Source: Thermoplasmatales archaeon SW_10_69_26
GTDB taxonomy: Archaea > Thermoplasmatota > SW-10-69-26
Direction: 5' to 3'
DNA: 64,000 nt
Assembly (NCBI GenBank): GCA_003009755.1
Contig: PXUB01000045.1
Location: 1-64,000 of the forward strand
This document shows, one piece after another, positions 47,682-56,232 of this stretch. The translations under genes and the position numbers were made by a program. Positions within the stretch are counted from its first letter, which is position 1, and every line of letters starts with the position of its first letter. The notes beneath the pieces were generated by a model. The model searched no databases and was not told the DNA's origin. It was given only the letters and a program-made list of their open reading frames with translations.

Positions 47682-49208
47682 GTGTTGGAACAGCACGCAA
47701 CCGAACGAACCAGCGCCAGCTATCGGGGGAACCGACGAACGGTGTGGGCCATCGCGTTGATCGCGATCGGCCTGGGGATGCTCGTGGCAGCGACGGCCGC
47801 GGCCGAGGACGGCCCGGACCTCGTCGTCGAGGATCTCTCCGTCGACGCGGACGAGGTCGAGGGCGAGACCGTCGATGCCGACGCCTGGATCGCGAACGTC
47901 GGGGACGAGACCGCCAACGCCTCCGAGGTGCGGCTGCGAGGGGACGACGGCCGGATCTTCGAGGAGGAGATCGAGGAGCTCGGCGCCGGAGACGGGACGA
48001 TCGTGTTCGTGGAGTGGATCGCCGAGGCCGGCGAGCACACGCTGACCGTGGAGGCCGACGCGCTCGACGACGTCGACGAGGCCAACGAGGCCAACAACGA
48101 GGCCGTCACCTCGTACAGCGTGGCGGCCCAACCACAGCCCAACCTCGTCCCGGGCGAGGTCTCCCTCACCTACGAGGACCCCGTCGACGGGGAGGAGATC
48201 GAGGCCGACGTCGCCGTCACGAACGCCGCCGACCCCGACGTCGGAGCCGAGTACGCGGTGGCCGGTACGTTCGTGGTCGAGGTCCGACGGGACGGAGAGG
48301 TGATCGAGAAGGCTCGCACCGATCAGGAGCTGGACCCCGGCCAGACGGAAGGGGTAGAGGTGGGTCCCTGGACCGCCCGCGGTGGCGATCACGACCTGAC
48401 GATCGTCGTGGACGAGGCCACCGAGATCGCGGAAGCCGACGAGACGGACAACCGCAAGACCACGAATTACACCGTGCTGGCGGAGCCGCCGGCGCCCAAT
48501 CTCGTCGCGCACGCGCCCGAGCTGGTCTTGGCGGAGACGGAGGTTCCCATCGAGGGCCAGATGCTGGGCCTGAGGTCCCATCTCGACCACACCGGCGCGG
48601 GCGTGGAGGACGTCGCCGCTTCGTTCAGCGTGGACGGCGAACCGGTGGCCGGCACCGCGGTCCCCGAGCTACCCCACCGGCGGGGGACGTTGATGCAGGT
48701 GACCCAAGCCTGGGAAGCCCACCCCGGTCGGCACGAGCTGGCGGTGAGCATCGATCCCGCCGACAGGATCGACGAGACGGACGAGGCCGACAACAGCGCC
48801 TTGCGGACGGTGACCGTGCTCGAGCAGGCCGACCCGGGCGTGGTCGAGGTGGCGGTGAGCGAGCCGCTCGTGCCCTGGCAGGGTCACGATGTCCGCGTCG
48901 ATCTCGCCAACGTCGGCGAGGGTCCGATGGTGCAGGCGGCCGATCTCGTCGTCGAGGTGTGTCCCTCGGATCCCAGCCCCTCGCCCCGCTGCGAGGTGCT
49001 CGAGGCGCCGACGGCCGTCCAGCTACCCCCCGGCGAGACGCAGCGCGTGCAGACCTCGTGGGATGCCCAGGGCTCCGTCGGCGAGTTCGAGGTGTGCGCG
49101 AGCCTGGCCTACCCGGTGATCCAGGAGGCCGAGGTGAACGACGAGACGTGCACGTCCACGTACGCGGTGGCCGCCGGCGGACCCCTCGGCGGCGTGCAGA
49201 CCGGGTGA
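47682..49208 (+). CDS. Secreted CARDB-repeat protein
   Basis: Signal peptide; four Ig-like repeats (PDLVV/PNLV...DEANEANN/DETDN); start uncertain. Confidence 0.85.
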   Translation: MLEQHATERTSASYRGNRRTVWAIALIAIGLGMLVAATAAAEDGPDLVVEDLSVDADEVEGETVDADAWIANVGDETANASEVRLRGDDGRIFEEEIEELGAGDGTIVFVEWIAEAGEHTLTVEADALDDVDEANEANNEAVTSYSVAAQPQPNLVPGEVSLTYEDPVDGEEIEADVAVTNAADPDVGAEYAVAGTFVVEVRRDGEVIEKARTDQELDPGQTEGVEVGPWTARGGDHDLTIVVDEATEIAEADETDNRKTTNYTVLAEPPAPNLVAHAPELVLAETEVPIEGQMLGLRSHLDHTGAGVEDVAASFSVDGEPVAGTAVPELPHRRGTLMQVTQAWEAHPGRHELAVSIDPADRIDETDEADNSALRTVTVLEQADPGVVEVAVSEPLVPWQGHDVRVDLANVGEGPMVQAADLVVEVCPSDPSPSPRCEVLEAPTAVQLPPGETQRVQTSWDAQGSVGEFEVCASLAYPVIQEAEVNDETCTSTYAVAAGGPLGGVQTG

Positions 49209-49212
49209 GCCT

Positions 49213-50118
49213 TCACTCGGGCTCGTAGCTGCCGACGGTGGTCGGCGTCTCGGGATCGGACAGCACTGGGGCGCCGACCTCCTCGCCCAGCTCTTGCACG
49301 ATGGTGTCGAACTGGCGGGCCAGATCCTCCAGCGTCTTCGCGTGGGGCTGACCGGTGGCCTCGTCCATGAAGACCTTCTTGAACTCGACGCTGAGCGTCA
49401 GGCAGTCTTCGCCGTAGGTTCGGGACAGTCGCCGGTTGAGGTAGCCGCCGTAGAAGACGCTGTTCTCCTCGACGAGCGCTTCCTCGCCGAGCACGGTGAC
49501 GTCGTCGAGCCGGTCGAGGAACCACTCCTTGAGCGTGCGTCCTCGCTGGTCGAGCTGCAGGTAGCGGGACCCGAGGTTGACGACGGGCTTCTCGTCGGTG
49601 CGCCAGTCGGTGGGGCCCTCGCGTTGGTAGTTGTAGGAGTGCAGGTCGAGCACGATGGCGCGGCCGTAGGTCTCGATGGCATGCTGGACGGCGTGGTCGA
49701 GCACGGTGTGGAACTCGTGCCAGCGCTCGAGGCTGTTCTCCACGAGCTCGGGCGGCGGGTCCTCGCCCCAGATCTCGGCGCCCCAGGCCATCTCGGGCCC
49801 CATGTAGACGGCCTCGTGCGGAGGTCGGTTGACGTCGACCTCGTAGCGGGACTGGTTGGGCGTGATCCGGTGGGCGGTGGCTGCGATGAAGCGCTCGGTG
49901 TAGGGATCCTCCTCGTAGAGGCGGTCGGCCTCCGAGATCGCCATACGGTCGATCGCGGGCTCCCGCACGCGGTGGCTGTGGTGCGGGGCGACCCCGATGA
50001 TCGGGCCTGGCGAGCGCAGATCGATGGTGGCCGCGTCCCAGGGCGTGCGGGCCTGCAGCGGGCCGTCGTCGTCGCGCAGGTGCTCGGCGTACGTCCAGGG
50101 TCGGATCTCGTCCGTCAC
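49213..50118 (-). CDS. N-formylglutamate amidohydrolase family protein
   Basis: APHHSH, EEDPYT, SRYEVDVNR, LDLHSYN, FYGGY and SVEFKK motifs; GTG start overlaps the upstream stop (GTGA). Confidence 0.85.
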   Translation of the reverse strand: MTDEIRPWTYAEHLRDDDGPLQARTPWDAATIDLRSPGPIIGVAPHHSHRVREPAIDRMAISEADRLYEEDPYTERFIAATAHRITPNQSRYEVDVNRPPHEAVYMGPEMAWGAEIWGEDPPPELVENSLERWHEFHTVLDHAVQHAIETYGRAIVLDLHSYNYQREGPTDWRTDEKPVVNLGSRYLQLDQRGRTLKEWFLDRLDDVTVLGEEALVEENSVFYGGYLNRRLSRTYGEDCLTLSVEFKKVFMDEATGQPHAKTLEDLARQFDTIVQELGEEVGAPVLSDPETPTTVGSYEPE

Positions 50119-51494
50119 GGGGACGGGCCTCCGGGTTCGAGCGTGAGCGTGGCGGCGAGGCCGCCGCCGGCGGCGACGTTGATGACCTCGTCGGCGGAGA
50201 CGCGCGTGTAGCAGCCGGCGTAGCGGCCGCCGAACACGAACGGGTTGACGTTGACGTTCAGCGTCTCGATCTGGGGGCCGTCGTCGTCGACGCGGCCGAA
50301 CAGGGCCTCGGGCACGTCGACGAGGCGTTGCACGATCCACTCGCCGGAGGCGATGTGTTCGTCGACGAGGCGGCCCCAGGCGGCCTCGTCGGTGGCGGGG
50401 CCCAGCACGACGTCTTTGCCGCCGTAGCTGACGGCCGCCTTGAGCGCGAACTTGTCCTTGTTGTCGATGACGAGATCGCGCAGGTCGACGGTGTAGCCGG
50501 CCAGCGTCGTCGTGCCGGGTTCGAGCACGCGCGTCCAGGGCACGAAGCGGTCGACGGCGCGGCGCTGGGGCACGGTCAGGCGCTCGGTGATCTCCGGGGA
50601 TTGGAGGGCGGCCATGGCGCGCTTGTCGCCGGCGATCACGCTGCGTGGGGGGTTCACCATGCACACGGTGCCGGCCTGGTAGGCTTCGGCGAGGGCGCGG
50701 GCCTCGGGTTCCTCGACGAGCTCGTCCACGATCACGCGCTTGTACACGAGATCCACGCGCTCGCCCTCGTGTACCAGATCCTCGCCGTCGAGGCTGAGAT
50801 CGCGCGGGTCGGCGAAGGCGGCGTCGTGACCGCGGGCTCGCAGCCGGTCGACGGTCAGGTCCATGTCGGGCCGGGAATCCACCTCGCGCCAGTCGGTGAC
50901 GACGATGCGGGGGTCGGTGGGGCGGTCCCCGTCGTGGCCGATGCGCCACTCGTGGTAGCAGTCCAACAGCGTGTTGGCCAGGGCGTCCAACCGGCGTTCG
51001 CCGGGGAGTTGGAGGCCCGCGGCCAGGTCGGGGCGGTCGGCCAGCATCGCCTCGTAGCCCTCCTGGATGACGTCGCCGTAGGCTGGGCCGGCGGGGCTGT
51101 CGGTGTTGAACTCGAGGAAGGCGAGGTCGTCGCCGTCCAGGAACCCGTCGAAGCGGGTGACGGGGGTGGCGTGGTCGTAGCCGGGATCGGTCGCCAGCAG
51201 GTCGTGCTCGTCGCCCAACTCCCACCGCGTGGGCAGCGGTTCCTCGGAGAGGAACACGTCGACGAAGGTGTCCAGCGCCTGGGAGAGGTGGTGGACGCCG
51301 GCCTCCAGGCGTTCGCGTTGCTCGGGCGTGACGACCACAGGGTTGAGCGTGACCGGCAGCGGCTCATCGCCGTACACGGCGCCGTTCTCGCGGTTGTGCT
51401 CGAGCAGGCGGTCCTGCGCTTGCCCGGCCCAGTCGGGGTCGTCGAGCACGGCTTGCAGGAACCGGCGGTTGGTCTTCCCGGGGTCCACGCCCAT
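50115..51494 (-). CDS. Circularly permuted ATP-grasp amide ligase (glutathionylspermidine synthase-like)
   Basis: TRFDGF, FLEFNTDSPAG, VYKR, VNPP...DK, LKAAVSYGGKDV and WIVQR motifs. Confidence 0.82.
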   Translation of the reverse strand: MGVDPGKTNRRFLQAVLDDPDWAGQAQDRLLEHNRENGAVYGDEPLPVTLNPVVVTPEQRERLEAGVHHLSQALDTFVDVFLSEEPLPTRWELGDEHDLLATDPGYDHATPVTRFDGFLDGDDLAFLEFNTDSPAGPAYGDVIQEGYEAMLADRPDLAAGLQLPGERRLDALANTLLDCYHEWRIGHDGDRPTDPRIVVTDWREVDSRPDMDLTVDRLRARGHDAAFADPRDLSLDGEDLVHEGERVDLVYKRVIVDELVEEPEARALAEAYQAGTVCMVNPPRSVIAGDKRAMAALQSPEITERLTVPQRRAVDRFVPWTRVLEPGTTTLAGYTVDLRDLVIDNKDKFALKAAVSYGGKDVVLGPATDEAAWGRLVDEHIASGEWIVQRLVDVPEALFGRVDDDGPQIETLNVNVNPFVFGGRYAGCYTRVSADEVINVAAGGGLAATLTLEPGGPSP

Positions 51495-51563
51495 GGCGGG
51501 TCAGGGGGTTCCAGCGAAGAAAGCTTCGGGGTGCCAGGGCCGGGCTGTCTCGTTAGGCAGGGG

Positions 51564-51681
51564 CCGCGAAGGACACGAAGGATCGCCAAGGCCACGACGG
51601 GCCTGTGACTCGCCGCCGGGCGGCTTTGTCACGGCAGCTGCTCTCCTTTATGCCCTGGCGTCCCTTCGCGTACCTGGTGGT
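51564..51681. repeat. ~118-bp nested palindrome with 9-10-bp periodic arms
   Basis: Left arm CGCGAAGGA-CACGAAGGA-TCGCCAAGG pairs with right arm CCCTGGCGT-CCCTTCGCGT-ACCTGGTGG; inner stem GTGAC..GCCGCC/GGCGGC..GTCAC. Confidence 0.65.
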
Positions 51682-51698
51682 CCCTCCGTTTCTTATCC

Positions 51699-52977
51699 TT
51701 ACAGCGCGTGCCAGGGGCCGGGGAGGGAACGTGTGAAGCCATCGGGTGCCAAGTTGAACGGTGGGGGACGCAGGCGGCCGTCGTGAACGCGTCGTTTGTG
51801 GTTCGTGATCGAGACCTCGGCGTTGAGGACGACGCTGGAGACGGTGGAGATCGAGGAGGGCGAGCTCATCGTGTAGCGGATCGGGGCGGCCCCGGTCTGC
51901 GTGGTCGCGTACTGGTCGTTGGAGGTGAAGCCGTTGGCTTCGCTGCTCCAGGCGTCGTTGGGGTCGCGGAAGCCGTCGGCGTCGAGGGTGAAGGAGGGAG
52001 AGCTGCCCGTGCCCGCTTCGGTGAACGTGGCTTCGTCGCCGTCGTCGCTGGCGGCGGAGGCTTCGTGGTCGCTAGAGACGGTGCCCTCGATCACGGTGAA
52101 CGAGGTGATCGGGGTTCGCGTGTCGCCCTCGATGGGGTCCTGTTGGATCGTGGAGTCGCCGGCGTTGCCGTCCTGGTCGCGCACGTCGACGAGTTTGTAC
52201 TCCAGAGTGTGGCCGCCCGCCGAGCCCCAGCCCTGGTCGGGGATCTCGCCCTTCCAGGTGGTGCCGGATTGCCGCGACATCGACCCGGCGTCCGTGAACG
52301 CGGGATCGGAGCCGCCGTTCACCCGGGAGTGCAGGTGGGGATCCTGGGTCGTGTCCACGCCGGAACAGTCGTCCGCCAGGGTCGCCTCGATCGTGACCGC
52401 TCCGGACGTGTCGGCGTCGACGTCGCTGGGGGTCTGGGTCCAGGTCGCCACCGAGGGCGGCGAGGTGTCGCTGGCGCAGTCGCCGGTCCCGCTGCGGACG
52501 GAGGTGGTCCAGACGACGTTGCCGACGCCGGTGTCGATCACGGTGACGGCGACGCGGGACTCGGTCGGAATGGTGAGTTCGTCGACCGCCAGCGTTCGCC
52601 GATCGTGAACGTCCGATCGGAGGCGGTGAAGGCGTCCTGGCGGTCGTGGTCCAGCGGGGTGGACCCGCCTTGCTGGAACCGGGTCTCGGTGCCGGTGATC
52701 TCGATCACGATCGCCAGCGAGGCGACGGGCACGGCCTCGCCGCCCTCGTGGGCGATCGTGACCGTCTCGTCGCCGGAGGCCCAGCTGGCGTCGTTCTCGT
52801 GGATCGATCCGGTGAACGAGGCTCGCACGGGGGGTTCGTCGGTGGCGATCGCGCCGTAGACGACGCTGAACAGACCCAGCTACGGCGACCGTGATCGCCA
52901 CCATCAGGATCGACCCCACGACCTCGAAGGCGCCGGCGTCCGGGGCCGTGGAGGGGCCGGAGGGGACGAGAGGTCAC
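51699..52977 (-). pseudogene. Archaeal type IV pilin-like protein (DUF1628-type N-terminus), frameshifted
   Basis: [18 protein letters not shown] class III signal-like segment. The VTIAHEGGE...FTIGE pilin domain sits in another frame (52538-52828) and then returns to the first frame; the C-terminus looks truncated. Confidence 0.75.
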
Positions 52978-53119
52978 GCGATGCCGGGTGCTCGGCGACA
53001 GCTGCACAAAAGGTCCCTTGGTCTCAGTCTCGATCGGCCCGGCCGGCTCGGGACGTTGGCGGCCGCCGACCGATGTGCGAGGCTTTATCGGTGGTCAGGT
53101 GTCACCTCTAGGCGGCGAG

Positions 53120-53569
53120 ATGGCGTCCAAGGCCCGTGAACCTCTCCTCCTGCTGGTGGAGGACAACCCCGGAGACGTGCGGTTGACCCAGGAGGCGCTC
53201 GAGCAGGGTCACACCGAGCACGTGCTCGAGGTCGTCACCGACGGCGAGGAGGCCTTGCACTACCTCCATCGCGAGGAGGGCCACGAGTCGGCCCGCCGGC
53301 CGGACCTGATCCTGTTGGACCTGAACCTGCCGCGGTGCGACGGCCGCGAGGTGCTCCAGCAGGTCAAAAGTGACCCGGAGCTGTGCGGGATCCCGGTCGT
53401 CGTCTTGACGACGAGCGAGGCCGCCGAGGACATCCGCGAGGCCTACGAGAACCGCGCCAACTGCTACATCACCAAGCCGGTCGACCTGGACGATTTCCTG
53501 ACGGTGGTCCGGTCGATCGAGGCGTTCTGGCTCGACGCCGCTCGTCTCCCGTCAACGGCGGAGGCGTGA
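53120..53569 (+). CDS. Single-domain response regulator (Rcp1/CheY-like)
   Basis: [25 protein letters not shown] and ANCYITKP motifs. Confidence 0.93.
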   Translation: MASKAREPLLLLVEDNPGDVRLTQEALEQGHTEHVLEVVTDGEEALHYLHREEGHESARRPDLILLDLNLPRCDGREVLQQVKSDPELCGIPVVVLTTSEAAEDIREAYENRANCYITKPVDLDDFLTVVRSIEAFWLDAARLPSTAEA

Positions 53570-53862
53570 GCGACACCGACACCCAGCGACGAGCGACCTT
53601 CGCTGCCGGACACCACTGCCCTGCTCGGGTCGGGGTGGACGCCGAGCGGACCAACGGGGAGCGGCGCATCATCGGGGAGGACGAGGGCCCCGGGATCGAT
53701 CCGGCCTACCCCGAGCGGGTGGTCGAGACGGGCAAGCGCCTGGACCGGGCCGAGCATCCCGGACGGGCACGGGGTCGGCGATCGCCCGCACGATCGTCCA
53801 GCACCAGGGCGGCCGGGTCTGGATCGACGACGCCGAGCAGGGGACCGAGCGCGCCTGACCTT
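53566..53862 (+). pseudogene. Chimeric remnant: MsrA-like N-terminus joined to histidine kinase HATPase fragments
   Basis: [15 protein letters not shown] (MsrA-like, lacks CFW), then DEGPGIDP...ERV, and in another frame AIARTIVQHQGGRVWI. Confidence 0.55.
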
Positions 53863-53942
53863 CACGGCACCGACCGGGGACGAGACGTCCTCGGCCGACG
53901 GGGACCGTGTCGGTTAAGCCACACGGGGCCTTCGCGTCGACG

Positions 53943-54842
53943 ATGGCGAAGGGCTCGAGGCCGTCCCCGGCGACCTTGACGGCCACCTTGAGCCTCGCCA
54001 TCGCCGCGATCAGCACGGCCGCCGTCCTCGTCCGGTTGTCGGATGCGCCCGCGCTCGTGCTGGCTTTCTACCGGCTGGCGATCGCGTCGGTGCTGCTGGC
54101 GCCGGTCGCGTTGCTGCGCGAGGGCTCGCGGGATGCCTTGGCGTCGTTGGAGCGCGGTGAGCTGGTGCGGTTGGCCGGTGTGGGGCTCGTGCTGGCGTTG
54201 CACTTCTGGTCGTGGTTCGAGAGCCTCGAGCACACGACGGTCGCGGCCAGCGTCGTCCTGGTCACCCTGCATCCCGTGTTCGTCGGGTTGGCCAGCGACC
54301 GCCTGTACGGGGAGGGGCTGGGCCGGCTGGGCTGGATCGGGGTCGTGGTTGCCCTCGTGGGCGGCATCGTGATCACGGGCGCCGACGCGCGGCTGGGGCT
54401 CGGCAACGCCTTCGGGGACTTGTTGGCCTTGATCGGGGCCGCGGCGGCCGCCGCCTACTTCCTGGCTGGCCGCGGGTACCGGCAGGACCTGCCGCTTTTG
54501 GCCTACGTCGTGCCGGTGTACGCGGCCTCGGCCGTGGGGTTGGCCGGGGCCTCGCTGGCGGCCGGGCACGCCTTCACCGGCTACGCCGTGGACGAGTGGG
54601 TGATCTTCCTCGCGTTGGCGATCGTCCCGATGATCTTGGGCCACACGTTGCTGAACTACGCGCTCGCCTACGTGTCGGCGCCGGTCGTGGCGACGACGGT
54701 GCTGGGCGAGCCGATCGGCAGCTCGCTGCTGGCGTGGCTCGTGCTGGCCGAGGTCCCGCCGTGGGGGACGGCGCTGGGCGCGCTCGTCGTGTTGGCGGGC
54801 ATCGGGCTCGTCGTGGTGGACGAGGAGCGGGGGCAGGCTTAG
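53943..54842 (+). CDS. DMT/EamA family transporter
   Basis: About 10 TM helices; AFYRL, LALHFWSWFESL, LGHTLLNYAL and GEPIGS motifs. Confidence 0.92.
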   Translation: MAKGSRPSPATLTATLSLAIAAISTAAVLVRLSDAPALVLAFYRLAIASVLLAPVALLREGSRDALASLERGELVRLAGVGLVLALHFWSWFESLEHTTVAASVVLVTLHPVFVGLASDRLYGEGLGRLGWIGVVVALVGGIVITGADARLGLGNAFGDLLALIGAAAAAAYFLAGRGYRQDLPLLAYVVPVYAASAVGLAGASLAAGHAFTGYAVDEWVIFLALAIVPMILGHTLLNYALAYVSAPVVATTVLGEPIGSSLLAWLVLAEVPPWGTALGALVVLAGIGLVVVDEERGQA

Positions 54843-55125
54843 CCGTCGACGACGAGGTGGGGCGGGTCGGACTCGAGCTCGGTCAGGTCGTCGACGCCGA
54901 GCCGTTGGACGTCGAGGTAGGCGTCCAACAGCTCCTCGGTGACGCGAGCCGTCGGCGACGCCCAGCTCGGGCAACCGGTCGCCGAGCCCGCGCAACCGGT
55001 GCAGGGCCTTGGCGCCCTGGGTCGCGAAGCCGCGGGGTTTACCGCGGTCGAGGTTCTCGAAGGCGGCCGTCGGCAAGATGAGGGCCTGCAGGAGGTCGGC
55101 CAGCTCGCGGCGGTCGGTCTCGCGA
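54839..55125 (-). pseudogene. DUF309-like gene remnant (duplicate copy)
   Basis: RELADLLQALILPTAAFENLDRGKPRGFATQGAKALHRL, then a frameshift to TEELLDAYLDVQR; paralogous to 55876-56207. Confidence 0.7.
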
Positions 55126-55204
55126 AGCTGCAGCTGCCTCGGCTTGCAGGTTGGCCCCCGACGCGCCAAATTTTTGAAATGGCCGAACCCTGATATGTGC
55201 ACCT

Positions 55205-55618
55205 ATGCACCGGTCTCTCGCACTGTGTCTGGCCGTCACCGTCACCCTCGGTTTCGTTCCGCTCGCGAGCGCCGCTTCCCCGTCCTGCGAGGACGTGACC
55301 GACGAGGACACCTACGACGGCGCCGTCGTGTACCTGCGGGGGGCGGAGAGCGACACCGTCGTGGAGGTCTGGGAGGAGGCCAACGGCGTGGACGGCCTGC
55401 AAACGGAAGCCTGCGTCGATGCGGACGGCGAGGAGGTCTCCGCGGACGCCCAGGTCGAATCGGTCCCGGCGCAGGATCTGCCCTGGCCCTGGCCGGACCC
55501 GCCGCGCTGCTTCTTGACCGGCAACTCTTACACTTGCCTGCCCGAGCGGGGACCGACGGACCCGGATGATCCGACTGGCGAGTGCCAGCAGGTCGATCGG
55601 ATCACGATCTGTTATTGA
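55205..55618 (+). CDS. Small secreted Cys-rich protein (WEExNGxxGLQT family)
   Basis: Signal peptide, VWEEANGVDGLQT and six Cys in the mature part; AT-rich TTTTTGAAAT upstream. Confidence 0.75.
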   Translation: MHRSLALCLAVTVTLGFVPLASAASPSCEDVTDEDTYDGAVVYLRGAESDTVVEVWEEANGVDGLQTEACVDADGEEVSADAQVESVPAQDLPWPWPDPPRCFLTGNSYTCLPERGPTDPDDPTGECQQVDRITICY

Positions 55619-55649
55619 CGTAGGCTGCTTCCGCGCGCCGAGCTCGGGA

Positions 55650-55785
55650 CCCGGGCTCGGCGACGGCGTCGACGGCCTTGACCACGCGCCAGACGTCCTC
55701 GCCCGTTTTGTCGGAGTGCGGGCTGATGCGCAGGCAGCCGGAGCGGTGGTCGACGACGATGTCGCGCTCGGCCAGCCGCTCGACG
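55650..55785 (-). pseudogene. Duplicated 3' remnant of the class V aminotransferase
   Basis: VERLAERDIVVDHRSGCLRISPH...AVDAV vs VQRLAKRDIIVDHRPGRVRVSPY...ALDQV in 56233-57384. Confidence 0.7.
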
Positions 55786-55844
55786 GCGCTGGGCGCGCTC
55801 GTCGTGTTGGCGGGCATCGGGCTCGTCGTCTTCGACGAGGAGCG
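55782..55844 (+). repeat. Duplicated 3' end of the DMT gene
   Basis: Near-identical to 54767-54829 (GACGGCGCTGGGCGCGCTCGTCGTGTTGGCGGGCATCGGGCTCGTCGT...GACGAGGAGCG). Confidence 0.85.
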
Positions 55845-55875
55845 CCCCGACGCCGCGGAGGGATGATCGTGGGGC

Positions 55876-56207
55876 TCAGGAGACCGCCAGCCGCGGGACC
55901 CGGTCCTCGACCTCGTCGAGCGTCCCGATCCCGCGCCGTTGCACGTGGAGATACACCGTCAACAGCTGCTCGGTGAACCGCTCGCCCTCGTCGATCGCGA
56001 GCTTGGGCAACCGGTCGCCGTGCTCGCGCAGCCGGTGCAGGGCCTTGGCGCCCTGGGTCGCGAAGCCGCGCGGCTTGCCGCGGTCGAGGTTCTCGAGGGC
56101 GGCGGTGGCCAGGATCAACCCCTGCAGGAGGTCGGCCAGCTCGCGTTGAACAGGTCGGCTCCCTCGCGGACGAGCGTGCGCAGCTGGTCGTCCACGGCCT
56201 CGGGCAC
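55876..56207 (-). pseudogene. DUF309-like protein with internal deletion/frameshift
   Basis: N-part VREGADLFN and C-part LLQGLILATAALENLDRG are in different frames, joined near 56145; the HExxE-W segment is missing. Confidence 0.7.
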
Positions 56208-56232
56208 GGTGGGGCAAGCCCGCGCCCGGTCT

